A stretch of DNA of 64,000 nt from Candidatus Methylomirabilota bacterium (GTDB lineage Bacteria > Methylomirabilota > Methylomirabilia > Methylomirabilales > 2-02-FULL-66-22): contig JAPLLC010000220.1 of assembly GCA_026387775.1 (NCBI GenBank), positions 1,203-65,202 of the forward strand, read 5' to 3'. How positions within the stretch are numbered: position 1 is the first letter of the stretch; every line of letters starts with the position of its first letter. Of this stretch, positions 41,769 to 51,761 are shown piece after piece. The notes under the pieces were generated by a model. The model did not search any database and was not told where the DNA came from. It was given only the letters and a program-made list of their open reading frames with translations. The position numbers and the translations under genes were made by a program.

Positions 41769-43271
41769 TCATCCCGCCAGAGGCAAGACGACCGCGAACC
41801 TGCTCCCGGCGCCCGGCGCGCTCTGAACCTCGATCGTGCCCCCGTGGGCCTCTGCGATGGTCTTGGCAATGCAGAGACCGAGCCCGGCGCCCCCCACCTC
41901 GCGTGAGCGCGCGTCATCCGCGCGGAAGAAGCGCTCGAAGATCCGCGGCAGCGCCTCGGCGGAAATCCCGACCCCGCTGTCTTGCACCGCGATCTCGGCC
42001 CACCCGGCCGGCGGACCATTTGGCAACTCGGCGATCTGGCGATTGGACTGCGTTCCTGGTTGCCCGGTCGCCTGGCGCAGCGAAAGCGCGACGTGGCCCC
42101 CCGAAGGCGTGTATTTGACGGCGTTGTCTACCAGGTTGAGCAGCAACTGCTTGAGGCGGTGCCCATCCCCCTCCACGATCAGCGGCTCCAGGTGCTGGAT
42201 GCGGACGGCCACGTCGCGCGCGCGGCCCAGCACCTCGCCCTGCTTGGCCATCTCCTCCACGAGGTGATCCAGCTCGACGGGCTGCCGCTCCCAGTGCAGG
42301 GCCCCTGCGTCTGCGCGCGACAGCAGGAGGAGTTCGTCCACCAGACGAGCCATGCGCTCAACCTCTTCGAGGGCGCTGGCCAGGACGCGCTGGTACTCGA
42401 CCGGGTCGCGGGCGCTGCGGAGGGCGACCTCGATCTCGCCCTTCATCACCGTGAGCGGCGTCCGGAGCTCGTGCGAGGCGTCCGCCGAGAACCGGCGCAC
42501 CTGGGCGAAGCCGGCCTCGATTCGCGCGAGCATCTCGTTCAGGGTCCGGGCCAGTCGGCCGAGCTCGTCGTCCGTCGCGGCCCCTTCCAGCCGCTCGGCC
42601 AGCCGCTCGGCCCCGATCCGCCGAGCGGCCTGCGTCATCTGGTCCACGGGGCGGAGCGCCCGGCGCGCCAGGAGCCACCCGCCGCCGCCCGCCAGGACCA
42701 ACGCCAGCGGGATCAACGTGGCCAGCGCCCAGAAGAAGTTCTTTCGGGCGTGGTACAGCCCTTCCAGGGACAACCCCACCTGGAGCGCGTTCGCCATCCG
42801 CCCGGCCGCCACGATGGGGAACGTCAGAATTCGCACGGGAAATTCCCCGGGGCCGGGCACCGTCTCGAAGGTGGCGTACCCTTCCCTGGCATTCTTTAGG
42901 GCCGTGGGACTGATGGCGAGGGGGGCGTTGCGCAACTGCGGCAAGTGGGGATCGACCTGGCCCCGAGGATCCAAGAACTGGTAGAACCGACCCGCGAAGC
43001 TGGGCCCGAAGAACCGGTGCAGCAACTCGTCCATGTCCGACGGGGCCGAACCCCCAGCCTGCATTTGCACCGACTGGGCGACGGCCTTGGCGACGCTCTG
43101 CAGCGTCGAGTCCACGTCGTGCCATAGCCCGCGCATCAAGAGGAAATAGGCTACACCGGCCAGGACGAGCAGCGTCGCCGCCAGGTTCGCCGTGTACCAG
43201 AGCGTCAGCCGCCCCCGAATCGAAAGATGCTTCATGTGCATTCGAGCCGCGAAGCGGAATCGGCCGCTCAT
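41769..43271 (-). CDS. Sensor histidine kinase (two TM, HAMP, HisKA, HATPase_c; CusS/heavy-metal-sensor-like layout)
   Basis: The H-box is FSADASHELRTPLT, the N-box LLNLVDNAVKYT, and the G-boxes DSGVGI and GGAGLGLCI. The start is ambiguous (ATG 43271, 43241 or 43235). Confidence 0.8.
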   Translation of the reverse strand: MSGRFRFAARMHMKHLSIRGRLTLWYTANLAATLLVLAGVAYFLLMRGLWHDVDSTLQSVAKAVAQSVQMQAGGSAPSDMDELLHRFFGPSFAGRFYQFLDPRGQVDPHLPQLRNAPLAISPTALKNAREGYATFETVPGPGEFPVRILTFPIVAAGRMANALQVGLSLEGLYHARKNFFWALATLIPLALVLAGGGGWLLARRALRPVDQMTQAARRIGAERLAERLEGAATDDELGRLARTLNEMLARIEAGFAQVRRFSADASHELRTPLTVMKGEIEVALRSARDPVEYQRVLASALEEVERMARLVDELLLLSRADAGALHWERQPVELDHLVEEMAKQGEVLGRARDVAVRIQHLEPLIVEGDGHRLKQLLLNLVDNAVKYTPSGGHVALSLRQATGQPGTQSNRQIAELPNGPPAGWAEIAVQDSGVGISAEALPRIFERFFRADDARSREVGGAGLGLCIAKTIAEAHGGTIEVQSAPGAGSRFAVVLPLAG

Positions 43272-43299
43272 ATCAGAATGCCCCGTCGTGGTCCGTGGC

Positions 43300-43980
43300 T
43301 CATGGCTCGTGGCTCTCCCGCAGGACGTAGCCGGCGCCCCGGACGGTGTGGAGCAGCTTGGGCTCATGACCCGCATCGATCTTCTTCCGCAGATAGTTCA
43401 CATACACGTCAATCACGTTCGTCCCCGAGTCGAAGTCGTAGTCCCAGACGTGCTCGGTGATCGCCGTTCGAGTGAGGACCCGGCCGGCGTTGCGCATGAG
43501 GTACTCCAGCAGGGCGAATTCGCGGTTGGTGAGCGTGATGGGCTGGCCGTCCCGCGTGACGGAGCGTGTCGCGGGATCCAGGACCAGGTCGGCAACCTGA
43601 AGCCTCGGGGAGCGGGCCTCCGCCCCGCGCCGCAGAAGGGCGCGGACGCGCGCGAGAAGCTCCGCGAAAACGAACGGCTTCGTCAAGTAGTCGTCTGCCC
43701 CGGCATCCAACCCTTGCACCTTGTCCTCGACCGTGTCCCGCGCGGTGAGCATCAGGACGGGCGTGGACACTTTGGCCTGGCGCAGCTCCCGCAGCACCTG
43801 GAATCCCGGCTTCTTCGGCAGCATCACGTCCAGGATGATCAAATCGTGCAGGCGATCCAGACCCATGAAGAGGCCCGCCTCGCCCTCGGCCGCCACATCC
43901 ACGGCGTGCCCCTCTTCCTCCAGGCCTTTCCGGATGAAGCTGGCGACCTTCTTGTCGTCCTCGACCAAGAGAATGCGCAT
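43300..43980 (-). CDS. OmpR-family response regulator
   Basis: The receiver is MRILLVEDDKK...DLIILDVMLP. The winged-helix C-terminus is LTNREFALLEYLMRNAGRVLTR...YVNYLRKKID. Confidence 0.9.
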   Translation of the reverse strand: MRILLVEDDKKVASFIRKGLEEEGHAVDVAAEGEAGLFMGLDRLHDLIILDVMLPKKPGFQVLRELRQAKVSTPVLMLTARDTVEDKVQGLDAGADDYLTKPFVFAELLARVRALLRRGAEARSPRLQVADLVLDPATRSVTRDGQPITLTNREFALLEYLMRNAGRVLTRTAITEHVWDYDFDSGTNVIDVYVNYLRKKIDAGHEPKLLHTVRGAGYVLRESHEP

Positions 43981-44031
43981 GGCAAGACCTGAGGGTGAAT
44001 GCAACCACAGATTACGCAGAGTTCGCAGATG

Positions 44032-44412
44032 TCACTGTCGAGCCTTTCGGGGGCGGCGAGGCTTCTCATGGCACGCCGTCACCACCGTGTGGATGCCTCC
44101 TCGGATGTAAAAGTCGCCCACCACGGTCATCTGGCGCGGTCGGGTCGCCTTGACCAGCTCGTCGAGGATCCGGTTCGTGACCGCCTCGTGAAAGTGCCCC
44201 TCGCTCCGGAACGACCAGAGGTAGAGCTTGAGGGACTTCAGCTCCACGCAGAGCCGATCGGGGACATACCGGATGTGAAGCGTGGCGAAGTCCGGCTGCC
44301 CCGTCATGGGGCACAGACAGGTGAACTCCGGGCACTCGAAGCTGATCTCGTAGTCCCGCTCCGGGTTCGGGTTCGGAAAGGTTGCGAGCTGCTTGGAAGC
44401 CTTCGTCGGCAC
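44032..44412 (-). CDS. queF: NADPH-dependent 7-cyano-7-deazaguanine reductase (type I QueF)
   Basis: The catalytic Cys context is [13 protein letters not shown] and the QueF motif is [16 protein letters not shown] 44412 is preceded by AAGGAG. The longer ORF start runs into a repeat element. Confidence 0.85.
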   Translation of the reverse strand: MPTKASKQLATFPNPNPERDYEISFECPEFTCLCPMTGQPDFATLHIRYVPDRLCVELKSLKLYLWSFRSEGHFHEAVTNRILDELVKATRPRQMTVVGDFYIRGGIHTVVTACHEKPRRPRKARQ

Positions 44413-44426
44413 GTCGCTACTCCTTA

Positions 44427-44585
44427 TCGCGAGCTGTTGGAGAACCCGCTTTCGTTCAGGCTGCTCAAAAAGGTCCGTATGCAAGGCGGAATGCGGAAGG
44501 CCGAATGAGGCGTACTCCAGGTACGCCGCAACGAGTGCCTGAGCATTCCAACGCCGCAGATGGGCCTTTTTCAGCAGCCTGTTAG
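44427..44585. repeat. Family-A repeat, copy 3 (left outer arm degenerate)
   Basis: ...AACCCGCTTTCGTTCAGGCTGCTCAAAAAGGTCCGTATGC...GGCGTACtccagGTACGCC...GCAGATGGGCCTTTTTCAGCAGCCTGTTAG. The terminal TTA is the doxX stop (TAA, minus strand). The other end reaches the queF RBS. Confidence 0.8.
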
Positions 44586-45046
44586 CGTTTTCGGCGCCGC
44601 CACCCGTCAATCCCCCACTCCCCGGCCCCGGCGATGAAGAGGACGAGGAGCAGGACGATGAAGTCCTTGTCGTGGGATGCGGCCGGATTCGGCCACCCCT
44701 TGGCAAACAGGTAGTTGCTCACCATGAAGATCCCGGCGGCCGCGGAGAGGCGGGTGAGGGCGCCCAGGATCAGCGCGGCCCCCACCAGCGTCTCCCCCAC
44801 CGAGGTGAGGATGGCGAAGAGGTGCTCGTGGGGGATGACCACGTTGGTCAACCAGGCCCTGTACCACTCGTGCGGCGTGCCGGCTAGGAATCGCTGTAGC
44901 TGGGGCAGGAGCGCGCCGCCGGACAGGAACCCGTGCTGGAGCTTGCCGACCCCCGTCATCAGCAGCCAGTAGCCGACATAGAAACGCGCCAGGAGGAGCG
45001 CCAGTCCCGGAAGGGAGATCGCCAGACCGCTCTTGATGTCTCGCAT
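44582..45046 (-). CDS. DoxX-family membrane protein
   Basis: The 154-aa protein has four hydrophobic segments and a DoxX-like N-terminus ([19 protein letters not shown]). Confidence 0.7.
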   Translation of the reverse strand: MRDIKSGLAISLPGLALLLARFYVGYWLLMTGVGKLQHGFLSGGALLPQLQRFLAGTPHEWYRAWLTNVVIPHEHLFAILTSVGETLVGAALILGALTRLSAAAGIFMVSNYLFAKGWPNPAASHDKDFIVLLLVLFIAGAGEWGIDGWRRRKR

Positions 45047-45053
45047 GGCAAAC

Positions 45054-46025
45054 CTACCAGGCCTGCGGGTCCGTGAGGACCCGGGTCAGTTGATCCCTGG
45101 TGATGTTGGCGCCGCTCACGATCAGGACCACCTTCTGCCCTCGCAGCCGGTCCTGGATCTTCCGTGCGGCGGCCGCGGGGGCCGCGCCCGCGGCCTCGGC
45201 GAGCTGGTGAGCGGCCTCCAGCAGGGAGATCACCCCCTGTCGCATCTCTTCCTCGCTCACCAGGACGATGTCGTCCAGATGTTCACGGATGATCTCGAAG
45301 GGGAGATCGAACGGGGTCCGCGTCGCCACCCCCTCGGCCCAGGTCGCGGCTTCGGGCGTCTCGACCTTCCGGCCGGCCTTCCACGAGAGGTACATCGCAG
45401 GGGCTTTCTCGGCCTGCACCCCGATGACCTTCACCTTGGGGCTGAGACGCTTGGCCACCAGGCAGTGGCTGCTGGCGCCGCTGCCGCCGCCGATCGGGAC
45501 CAGGACGGCATCCACATCCGGGAGCGCCTCCATGATCTCCAGGCTGGCGGTCCCGACCCCGGCGATGAGGAGCGGCTCGTTGGCCGGGTGGACGTACCGG
45601 TACCCCTTGAGCCGCGCCTCCTCCTGCGCCCACACGCGCGACTCGTCAAAGTCCCGTCCCGTGAGGACCACGTCCGCCCCCAGCCGGCGCATGGCCGCCA
45701 CCTTGTCCGGATTCGCCCCCTCGGGGGCCGCGATGACGGCCCGCACGCCGAAGGTCTTGGCGGCGTAGGCGATGGACTGCCCGTGATTCCCCGTCGAGGC
45801 GGTGATGACCCCCTGCGTCCGCTCCTCCTCAGGAAGTTGCGCGACGAAGTTGAGCCCGCCGCGGACCTTGAACGCCCCGATCGGGGTCACCGTCTCCAGC
45901 TTGAGGTAGATCTCGCACCCGAGCGCCTCCGACATGGCCGCGGAACGTATCAGCGGCGTCGGGGCCATATAGCGATAGACGACCTGGCGCGCGCGGTAAA
46001 CATCCTGTAATGTCGGTGGCTGCAC
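45054..46025 (-). CDS. PLP-dependent threonine/serine dehydratase-family enzyme (TdcB/IlvA catalytic-domain type)
   Basis: The PLP lysine block is LKLETVTPIGAFKVRGG, followed by ASTGNHGQSIAYAA and PIGGGSGASS. GTG 46025 follows GGAGGG. The rest of the 724-aa ORF in the track is antisense to the next gene. Confidence 0.8.
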   Translation of the reverse strand: MQPPTLQDVYRARQVVYRYMAPTPLIRSAAMSEALGCEIYLKLETVTPIGAFKVRGGLNFVAQLPEEERTQGVITASTGNHGQSIAYAAKTFGVRAVIAAPEGANPDKVAAMRRLGADVVLTGRDFDESRVWAQEEARLKGYRYVHPANEPLLIAGVGTASLEIMEALPDVDAVLVPIGGGSGASSHCLVAKRLSPKVKVIGVQAEKAPAMYLSWKAGRKVETPEAATWAEGVATRTPFDLPFEIIREHLDDIVLVSEEEMRQGVISLLEAAHQLAEAAGAAPAAAARKIQDRLRGQKVVLIVSGANITRDQLTRVLTDPQAW

Positions 46026-46307
46026 GCGGGACCCTCCGGATGCGTTGTTGGCTGATCTATTCCTCTTCCGACTAGGATACACCGGGTATGGGCCAGCGGC
46101 AACCGATTGGCGGAGGATTGGCGGAAGATCCCGCAAAGCGAGGTCCTGGGACCACGGGTGGAGCTGGAGCGGCAGCCCGGCTGTCACGGCGATACGAAGG
46201 CGATTGCCGACGGACCGGTTTCGACGTATCATGCTTGACACCGGGGCGGAGAGGCAATACTTTTCCGCGTCCGTTTCGTAATTCGGTTCCGTCATTAAGG
46301 AGAGATC

Positions 46308-47201
46308 ATGAAGATTAGCTGCTGTTGGCTGTTCGCCATTTCCAAGTTTGGCTACCCGCCGAGCCTCCCCGACACCTATCGGGCGCTCGAAGAGATGGCC
46401 GCCCTCAAGTTCAAGGGGGTCGAGCTGGAGGGCGTGGGCGAAGACAACCTCCGCGCCGTGTCCGGGGCGCGGCAGGAGATAAAGGCGCGATGTGACGGGC
46501 TGGGCCTCACGGTCGTCAACTTCTGCCCGGTCCTCCCCGACCTGGTGCACCCCGAGAAGGCGCGGCGGATCCACGCCCTGGACCTCTTCAAGCTGGGGGT
46601 CGAGACGGCGAGCTTCTTCGGCAGCGAGATGGTCCAGACCATCAGCTCCACGCCGCCCCTGACATTCGTAGGCGAGACGCCGTACAAGGACGCCCTGACC
46701 TATGGCCAGCGCTATCAGGTGGAGGTGGATCCGGCCTTCCGCTGGGACGCCCTCTGGGGCTGGCTCACCGACAGCATGGGAGCCTGCGCCGACGAGGCCG
46801 ACCGGGCCGGCCTGAAGCTCTGCCTGGAGCCGCGCGTCGGCGAGATCGTGAGCAACACCGACGCCCTCCTCCGCCTGATGGAGGCCGTGGACTCCGATAA
46901 CTTCGGTGCGGTGCTGGACACCGGCCACCTCCATGCCCAAAAGGAGATCCTGCCCCTCAGTGTGGAGAAGCTGGGAAGCCGCATCCTGTACGTCCACGCC
47001 TCCGACAACGACGGCCAAACCAACCAGCACCTGGCTCCCGGCAAGGGCAGCGTGGACTGGGACGGCGTGTTCCTGGCCCTGAAGAAGCACGCCTTCTCGG
47101 GCTACGTGGCCGTGGACGTCGGCAATGTCCCCAACCTGGATGCCCAGTACAAGAAATCGAAGGCGTTTCTGGAGAGTCTGGCGGCTCGCCTGGACGTGTA
47201 A
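46308..47201 (+). CDS. Sugar-phosphate isomerase/epimerase (xylose-isomerase-like TIM barrel)
   Basis: AP_endonuc_2-type pattern: LCLEPRVGEIVSNTD, LDTGHLHAQKE and VHASDNDG. An AAGGAGAG RBS is present. Confidence 0.7.
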   Translation: MKISCCWLFAISKFGYPPSLPDTYRALEEMAALKFKGVELEGVGEDNLRAVSGARQEIKARCDGLGLTVVNFCPVLPDLVHPEKARRIHALDLFKLGVETASFFGSEMVQTISSTPPLTFVGETPYKDALTYGQRYQVEVDPAFRWDALWGWLTDSMGACADEADRAGLKLCLEPRVGEIVSNTDALLRLMEAVDSDNFGAVLDTGHLHAQKEILPLSVEKLGSRILYVHASDNDGQTNQHLAPGKGSVDWDGVFLALKKHAFSGYVAVDVGNVPNLDAQYKKSKAFLESLAARLDV

Positions 47202-47223
47202 CGAACTGGAATGTTTGCGATTT

Positions 47224-47265
47224 GACAATCGGGCAACTGGAGGTTTCTCCGGTTGCCCGATTGTC
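47224..47265 (+). terminator. 14-bp perfect stem-loop downstream of the isomerase gene
   Basis: GACAATCGGGCAAC-loop-GTTGCCCGATTGTC. The T-tract after it is weak (tcttgcg). Confidence 0.4.
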
Positions 47266-47466
47266 GTCTTGCGCCCGGCGCCCCTCGGCTCTCAGCTCTC
47301 GTCTCTCAACTCTCGGCTCTCCTTCCCCCTTGCGCGCCCCCCCCTGCCCTGGTAGCCTTCCCTCGGGAATCGTGGCCATTTCGACAGCCCCTGCCTCCGG
47401 CGCCTGACTGATCCAGACCGACTCGGGCGCGCCAGCGAACTGTGGCGCCAGGCCTACGCCCACCAC

Positions 47467-47889
47467 ATGCGGAAGGAGCTGGAGGAGGCAATCCGCTTGT
47501 ACCAGGAATCCCTGGCCCTCTATCCGACGGCGGAGGCCCACACCTTCCTGGGATGGGCCTATAGCGACCAGAACCGGCTGGACGAGGCGATCGCCGAGTG
47601 CCACAAGGCGATCGCCCTGGATCCCGACTTCGGCAATCCCTACAACGACATCGGGGTCTATCTGATCGAGCGGCAAGACCTGGACGGGGCCATCCCCTGG
47701 CTGGAGAAGGCCAAGCGCGCGCGGCGCTACGAGCCGCGCCACTTCCCGTACATGAATCTGGGTCGGATCTATCTCCGGAAGGGGAAGTGGCAGGAGGCGC
47801 TCCGAGAATTGGAGGCGGCCGCCCGCCTCGCCCCCAGCGACCCGGCAGCCCGCACGCTGCTCCACGAGATCCGCGCCCGGTTCAACTGA
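47467..47889 (+). CDS. TPR-repeat protein
   Basis: It contains three to four TPR units ([66 protein letters not shown]). The in-frame upstream sequence ASELWRQAYAHH looks like the first half of a TPR helix. The true start may therefore be a non-ATG codon upstream of 47467. Confidence 0.6.
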   Translation: MRKELEEAIRLYQESLALYPTAEAHTFLGWAYSDQNRLDEAIAECHKAIALDPDFGNPYNDIGVYLIERQDLDGAIPWLEKAKRARRYEPRHFPYMNLGRIYLRKGKWQEALRELEAAARLAPSDPAARTLLHEIRARFN

Positions 47890-47896
47890 GACGGCC

Positions 47897-50800
47897 ATGG
47901 AGATCTCGATGAGTGGATCAATCGACGCCCCCCGCCACACCAACCGGCTGATCCGCGAGACCAGCCCGTATCTTCTCCAGCACGCCCACAACCCCGTGGA
48001 CTGGTACCCGTGGGGAGAAGAGGCGCTGGCCAGGGCCAAGGCGGAGAACACGCCGATCCTCCTCAGCATCGGCTACTCGGCCTGCCACTGGTGCCACGTG
48101 ATGGAGCGGGAGTCGTTCGAGGACGAGACCATCGCCGCCCTGATGAATCGCTCTTTCGTGAATATCAAGGTGGACCGGGAGGAGCGGCCCGATCTCGACG
48201 ACATCTACATGGCCGCCACGCTGGCCGCAAACGGCGGCCAGGGCGGGTGGCCCATGACCGTCTTCCTCACGCCGGACCAGCGGCCGTTCTTCGCTGGCAC
48301 CTATTTTCCGCCCAGCGATCGACTCGGGCGGCCGGGCTTCGCCACCCTGCTGGCGCGGATCGCCGAGGCCTGGGAACGGCAGCGGGACGCGCTCACCGAG
48401 CAGGCGGCCGCGCTCACCGAGCATCTGCGCGGGCAGGCCGGGACCGCAGCGGGCGTAAACGTCGGCGAGGCGGAGATCCGGGCCGCCGTCCGCGAGATGG
48501 TGGAAAGTTTCGACCCGAGCTACGGCGGGTTCGGCCCGGCGCCCAAGTTTCCGCCCGCCACGCAGCTCTCGCTCCTCCTCCGGCACCACCGGCGGACGGG
48601 CGACGCCCAGGCCCTGGCCATGGTGCGGAAGACCCTGGAATGCATGGCCCAGGGCGGGATGTACGATCAGATCGGCGGCGGCTTCGCCCGCTACTCTACC
48701 GACGAGCGCTGGCTGGTCCCCCACTTCGAGAAGATGCTCTACGACAACGCCCTGCTCGCCAAGGTCTATCTCGAAGGCTTCCAGGCCACGGAAGATCCGG
48801 GCTACGCCCGGATCGCCCGCGAGATCCTCGACTACGTTCTGCGCGAGATGACCGGCCCCGACGGCGGATTCTATTCCGCCACCGACGCGGACTCGGAAGG
48901 CGAGGAGGGCAAGTTCTTCGTCTGGACGCCGGCCGAGGTGGAGGCGGTCCTGGGCCCGGAGGAAGGCGGCAATCTTTGCGCCTACTACGACATCACCGAG
49001 GAGGGAAACTGGGAGGGCAAGAGCATCCCCCACGCCCCGCGATCGGTGGAGCGGGTCGCCTCGCGTCTGGGGATCGCCGTCGAGGGGTTCCGGAAGAGCC
49101 TGGAAGCCGGACGAGCCGGGCTCTACGAGGCGCGGCGGCGGCGGATTCCGCCCGGCCTCGACGACAAGGTCCTCACCGCCTGGAACGGGATGATGGTGGG
49201 CGCGATGGCGGAGGGCCATCGGGTCCTCGGCGACCCCCGCTACCTGGCCGCGGCGGCGCGCGCGGCGGACTTCCTGCTCGCCCGCCTCCGGCGGGCCGAC
49301 GGACGACTGCTCCGGACCTTCCGCCAGGGCAAGGCGCATCTGGATGCGTACCTCGAAGACTACGCCTTCCTGGCCGAGGGGCTCCTGGATCTCTCCGAAG
49401 CGGGCGGCGATGTCCGCTTCCTGCGGGAGGCCGCGGGCCTCGCCGAACGAATCCTGCAGGACTTCGGGGACGAGGCGGGCGGCTTCTACGATACGGCGGC
49501 GGATCACGAGGCGCTCATCCTCCGACACAAGGACGGAGCCGACGGCGCCATCCCCAGCGCCAACGCCGTGGCCGCCTCGGTCCTCGCCCGACTGTCGCAC
49601 CATCTGGAGCGGGGCGACCTCCGCGAGCGTGCCGCGAGCGCTCTCCAGGCCTACGGCCGGGCCATGGGCCAGCGCCCGCGCGCTTTCTGCAAGAGCCTCG
49701 CCGTCGTGGACTTCCTGCTGGAAGGTCCGGTCGAGCTGGCCCTGATCGGGACGCCGGGGGAGCCGGGATGCGAGGCGCTCCGCGCCGCCATCGGTCGTCG
49801 CTATCTTCCCAACCGGATCGTCGCCCACCACGATCCCGCGAAGGGCGGGGCGCCGGACCTGCCGCTCCTCGCCGGGAGGGGCCTCGTCGGCGGGAAGGCG
49901 GCTCTGTACGTCTGCCGGAACTTCACCTGCCTGGCGCCGGTGACCGACCCGGCCGAACTCGCGCGCGCGCTGGCCGAGTCGCCCGGCGAACCCGCGCAAG
50001 CCCCCCGCAGCGGCATCGCGCGGCTGCGACCGGGCCGAGCCGCCCCCGCCGCGACGGCGGCCCGTGCGGCACGCTTCGTCGCGGCGGGCCTCGCGCACGG
50101 CTACGGCCCGCTCGGGACCACCGCGCTCACCGTGAGCCGCCTGGGCTTCGGCTGCTACCGCGTGGACGACGAGACCCCCGACCATCGCGAGGCCCTGATC
50201 CAGGCCCTGCAGGGCGGCTGCAGTCTGATCGACACCTCCACCAACTACATGGACGGATCGAGCGAGCGGCTGGTGGGCTCGGTGCTCGCCGAACTGGAGA
50301 AAGACGGGCGGCTCGCCCGGCAAGAAGTCGTCGTCGTCTCCAAGGTCGGGTACGTCCAGGGTCAGAACCTCGACCTCGCCAAGGAGCGCGAGGCGGCCGG
50401 CAAGCCGTTCCCCGAGATGGTGAAGTACATGGACGACTGCTGGCACTGCATCCACCCGGAGTTCTTGAAGGACCAGCTCGCCCGCTCCCTGGAGCGCCTC
50501 CAGCTCGAGACGCTGGATGTGTGCCTCCTCCACAACCCGGAGTACTTCTTCTCCGAAGCGAAGCGCCGGCGGGCGGGCGACCTCGGGGCCCTGCGCGAGG
50601 AGTTCTCCCGGCGGCTCCGTGAGGCCTTCGCCTTCTTCGAGACCCAGGTGGCCGCAGGCCGGATCGCCTGGTACGGCGTCTCCTCCAACACGGCCGTGCT
50701 GCGGCCGGACGATCCGGAGGCGACCTCGCTCTCCCGCATGCTGGAGGCCGCCCTCCTCGCGGGCGGGCCGGGACACCACTTCCGCGTCCTCCAGTTCCCG

Positions 50801-51571
50801 CTGAATCTCTTCGAATCGGGCGCCCTCCGCACGCCCAACACCGGCCCGGATGCGGCGCACGCGGTCCTGGACCTCGCGGCGGAGGCGGGAATCGGCGTCT
50901 TGACCAACCGGCCGCTCAACGCCTTCGCCGGCCAGACGGTGATCCGCCTGGCGGATGTCCCGGAGCTGGACGACATGGTCGCCCCGCCGCTCGACGAGGC
51001 CCTGGGCCAACTGGGCGTGCTGGAGGAAGAGTTCCGCGCGGCGATCGGCTCTCGCCTGCGGGTCCCCGAGGGTGGGGTCTCGCCCGGCGAGTGGTTCCGG
51101 TGGGCGGATCAGCTCCACGCCATGTCCGACCGCATCCAGGGGCTGGACCACTGGCGCCAGATTGAGGAGGGCATGATTTCCCCGGCGGTCGGTCAGCTCG
51201 TCCAGATGCTGAGCCAGTCGCTCCGCGGGCCGATCCAGGAGACCTGGCAGGCCTGGCTGGAACGGTATCTTCCGGCGCTGGACCTGCTCCTCCAGTCTTT
51301 CCGCATCCGGGCGGCCCGGCAGAGCCAGGCGACGAGCAACCGGGTGGCGGCGGCCCTCAACCCGCACCTGCCCCTGGCGCGCCGGGGAGAGCCCCTCTCC
51401 CGCAAGGCCCTCTGGGTCCTCACCGGCACCCCGGGAGTCTCCGCAGTCCTCCTGGGCATGCGCCACCCCGATTACGTCTCGGACGGAATGGAAGTCCTGA
51501 AGTGGCCGCCGCCGGGAAACGTCCGGAAGGTTTACGCCGGCGTGGCCGAGATGCGATTCGACGCGGAATAA
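47897..51571 (+). CDS. Fusion protein: DUF255/thioredoxin-like + (alpha/alpha)6 YyaL-type domain fused to an aldo/keto reductase domain
   Basis: The N-terminus ([54 protein letters not shown]) is the DUF255 signature. It is followed by a ~450-aa helical-toroid region ending CRNFTC. From about 50100 there is an AKR domain ([37 protein letters not shown]) with an internal ~130-aa insertion. Confidence 0.8.
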   Translation: MEISMSGSIDAPRHTNRLIRETSPYLLQHAHNPVDWYPWGEEALARAKAENTPILLSIGYSACHWCHVMERESFEDETIAALMNRSFVNIKVDREERPDLDDIYMAATLAANGGQGGWPMTVFLTPDQRPFFAGTYFPPSDRLGRPGFATLLARIAEAWERQRDALTEQAAALTEHLRGQAGTAAGVNVGEAEIRAAVREMVESFDPSYGGFGPAPKFPPATQLSLLLRHHRRTGDAQALAMVRKTLECMAQGGMYDQIGGGFARYSTDERWLVPHFEKMLYDNALLAKVYLEGFQATEDPGYARIAREILDYVLREMTGPDGGFYSATDADSEGEEGKFFVWTPAEVEAVLGPEEGGNLCAYYDITEEGNWEGKSIPHAPRSVERVASRLGIAVEGFRKSLEAGRAGLYEARRRRIPPGLDDKVLTAWNGMMVGAMAEGHRVLGDPRYLAAAARAADFLLARLRRADGRLLRTFRQGKAHLDAYLEDYAFLAEGLLDLSEAGGDVRFLREAAGLAERILQDFGDEAGGFYDTAADHEALILRHKDGADGAIPSANAVAASVLARLSHHLERGDLRERAASALQAYGRAMGQRPRAFCKSLAVVDFLLEGPVELALIGTPGEPGCEALRAAIGRRYLPNRIVAHHDPAKGGAPDLPLLAGRGLVGGKAALYVCRNFTCLAPVTDPAELARALAESPGEPAQAPRSGIARLRPGRAAPAATAARAARFVAAGLAHGYGPLGTTALTVSRLGFGCYRVDDETPDHREALIQALQGGCSLIDTSTNYMDGSSERLVGSVLAELEKDGRLARQEVVVVSKVGYVQGQNLDLAKEREAAGKPFPEMVKYMDDCWHCIHPEFLKDQLARSLERLQLETLDVCLLHNPEYFFSEAKRRRAGDLGALREEFSRRLREAFAFFETQVAAGRIAWYGVSSNTAVLRPDDPEATSLSRMLEAALLAGGPGHHFRVLQFPLNLFESGALRTPNTGPDAAHAVLDLAAEAGIGVLTNRPLNAFAGQTVIRLADVPELDDMVAPPLDEALGQLGVLEEEFRAAIGSRLRVPEGGVSPGEWFRWADQLHAMSDRIQGLDHWRQIEEGMISPAVGQLVQMLSQSLRGPIQETWQAWLERYLPALDLLLQSFRIRAARQSQATSNRVAAALNPHLPLARRGEPLSRKALWVLTGTPGVSAVLLGMRHPDYVSDGMEVLKWPPPGNVRKVYAGVAEMRFDAE

Positions 51572-51576
51572 ACCCG

Positions 51577-51756
51577 AACGGTGCAGTTGAACCGCAAAGC
51601 ACGCAAAGGGCGCGAAGAACGACCCGCTGTTTCCAGAGAGTTCCGGAATCACCCGGTCTGAGCGAGCCGTACGATTTCCATCCGTGGTCCGAGGCCCGAT
51701 CCACAGATCCTGGCTCGCTTTGCGGTCTTTGCGAGCTTTGCGGTGAAATGTTTGGG
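51577..51756. mobile_element. Family-C MITE, copy 2 (180 bp)
   Basis: It has the same length and termini as 28981-29160. The flanks ATAAACCCG (51568-51576, containing the TAA stop of the upstream gene) and ATAAAGACT (51757-51765) look like a decayed 9-bp duplication. Confidence 0.65.
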
Positions 51757-51761
51757 ATAAA

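Noticed and set aside
45054-47228. 724-aa minus-strand ORF
   Set aside because: Only the C-terminal 323 aa (45054..46025) show PLP-dehydratase motifs, and they have an RBS-preceded GTG. The upstream part is antisense to the sugar-phosphate isomerase gene and featureless.
47918-51652. 1244-aa ORF on the minus strand
   Set aside because: It is exactly antisense to the DUF255-AKR gene. The translation is Arg/Gly/Pro/Ala-rich low complexity with no motif. Long antisense ORFs are expected at this GC content, and the sense strand carries clear family signatures.
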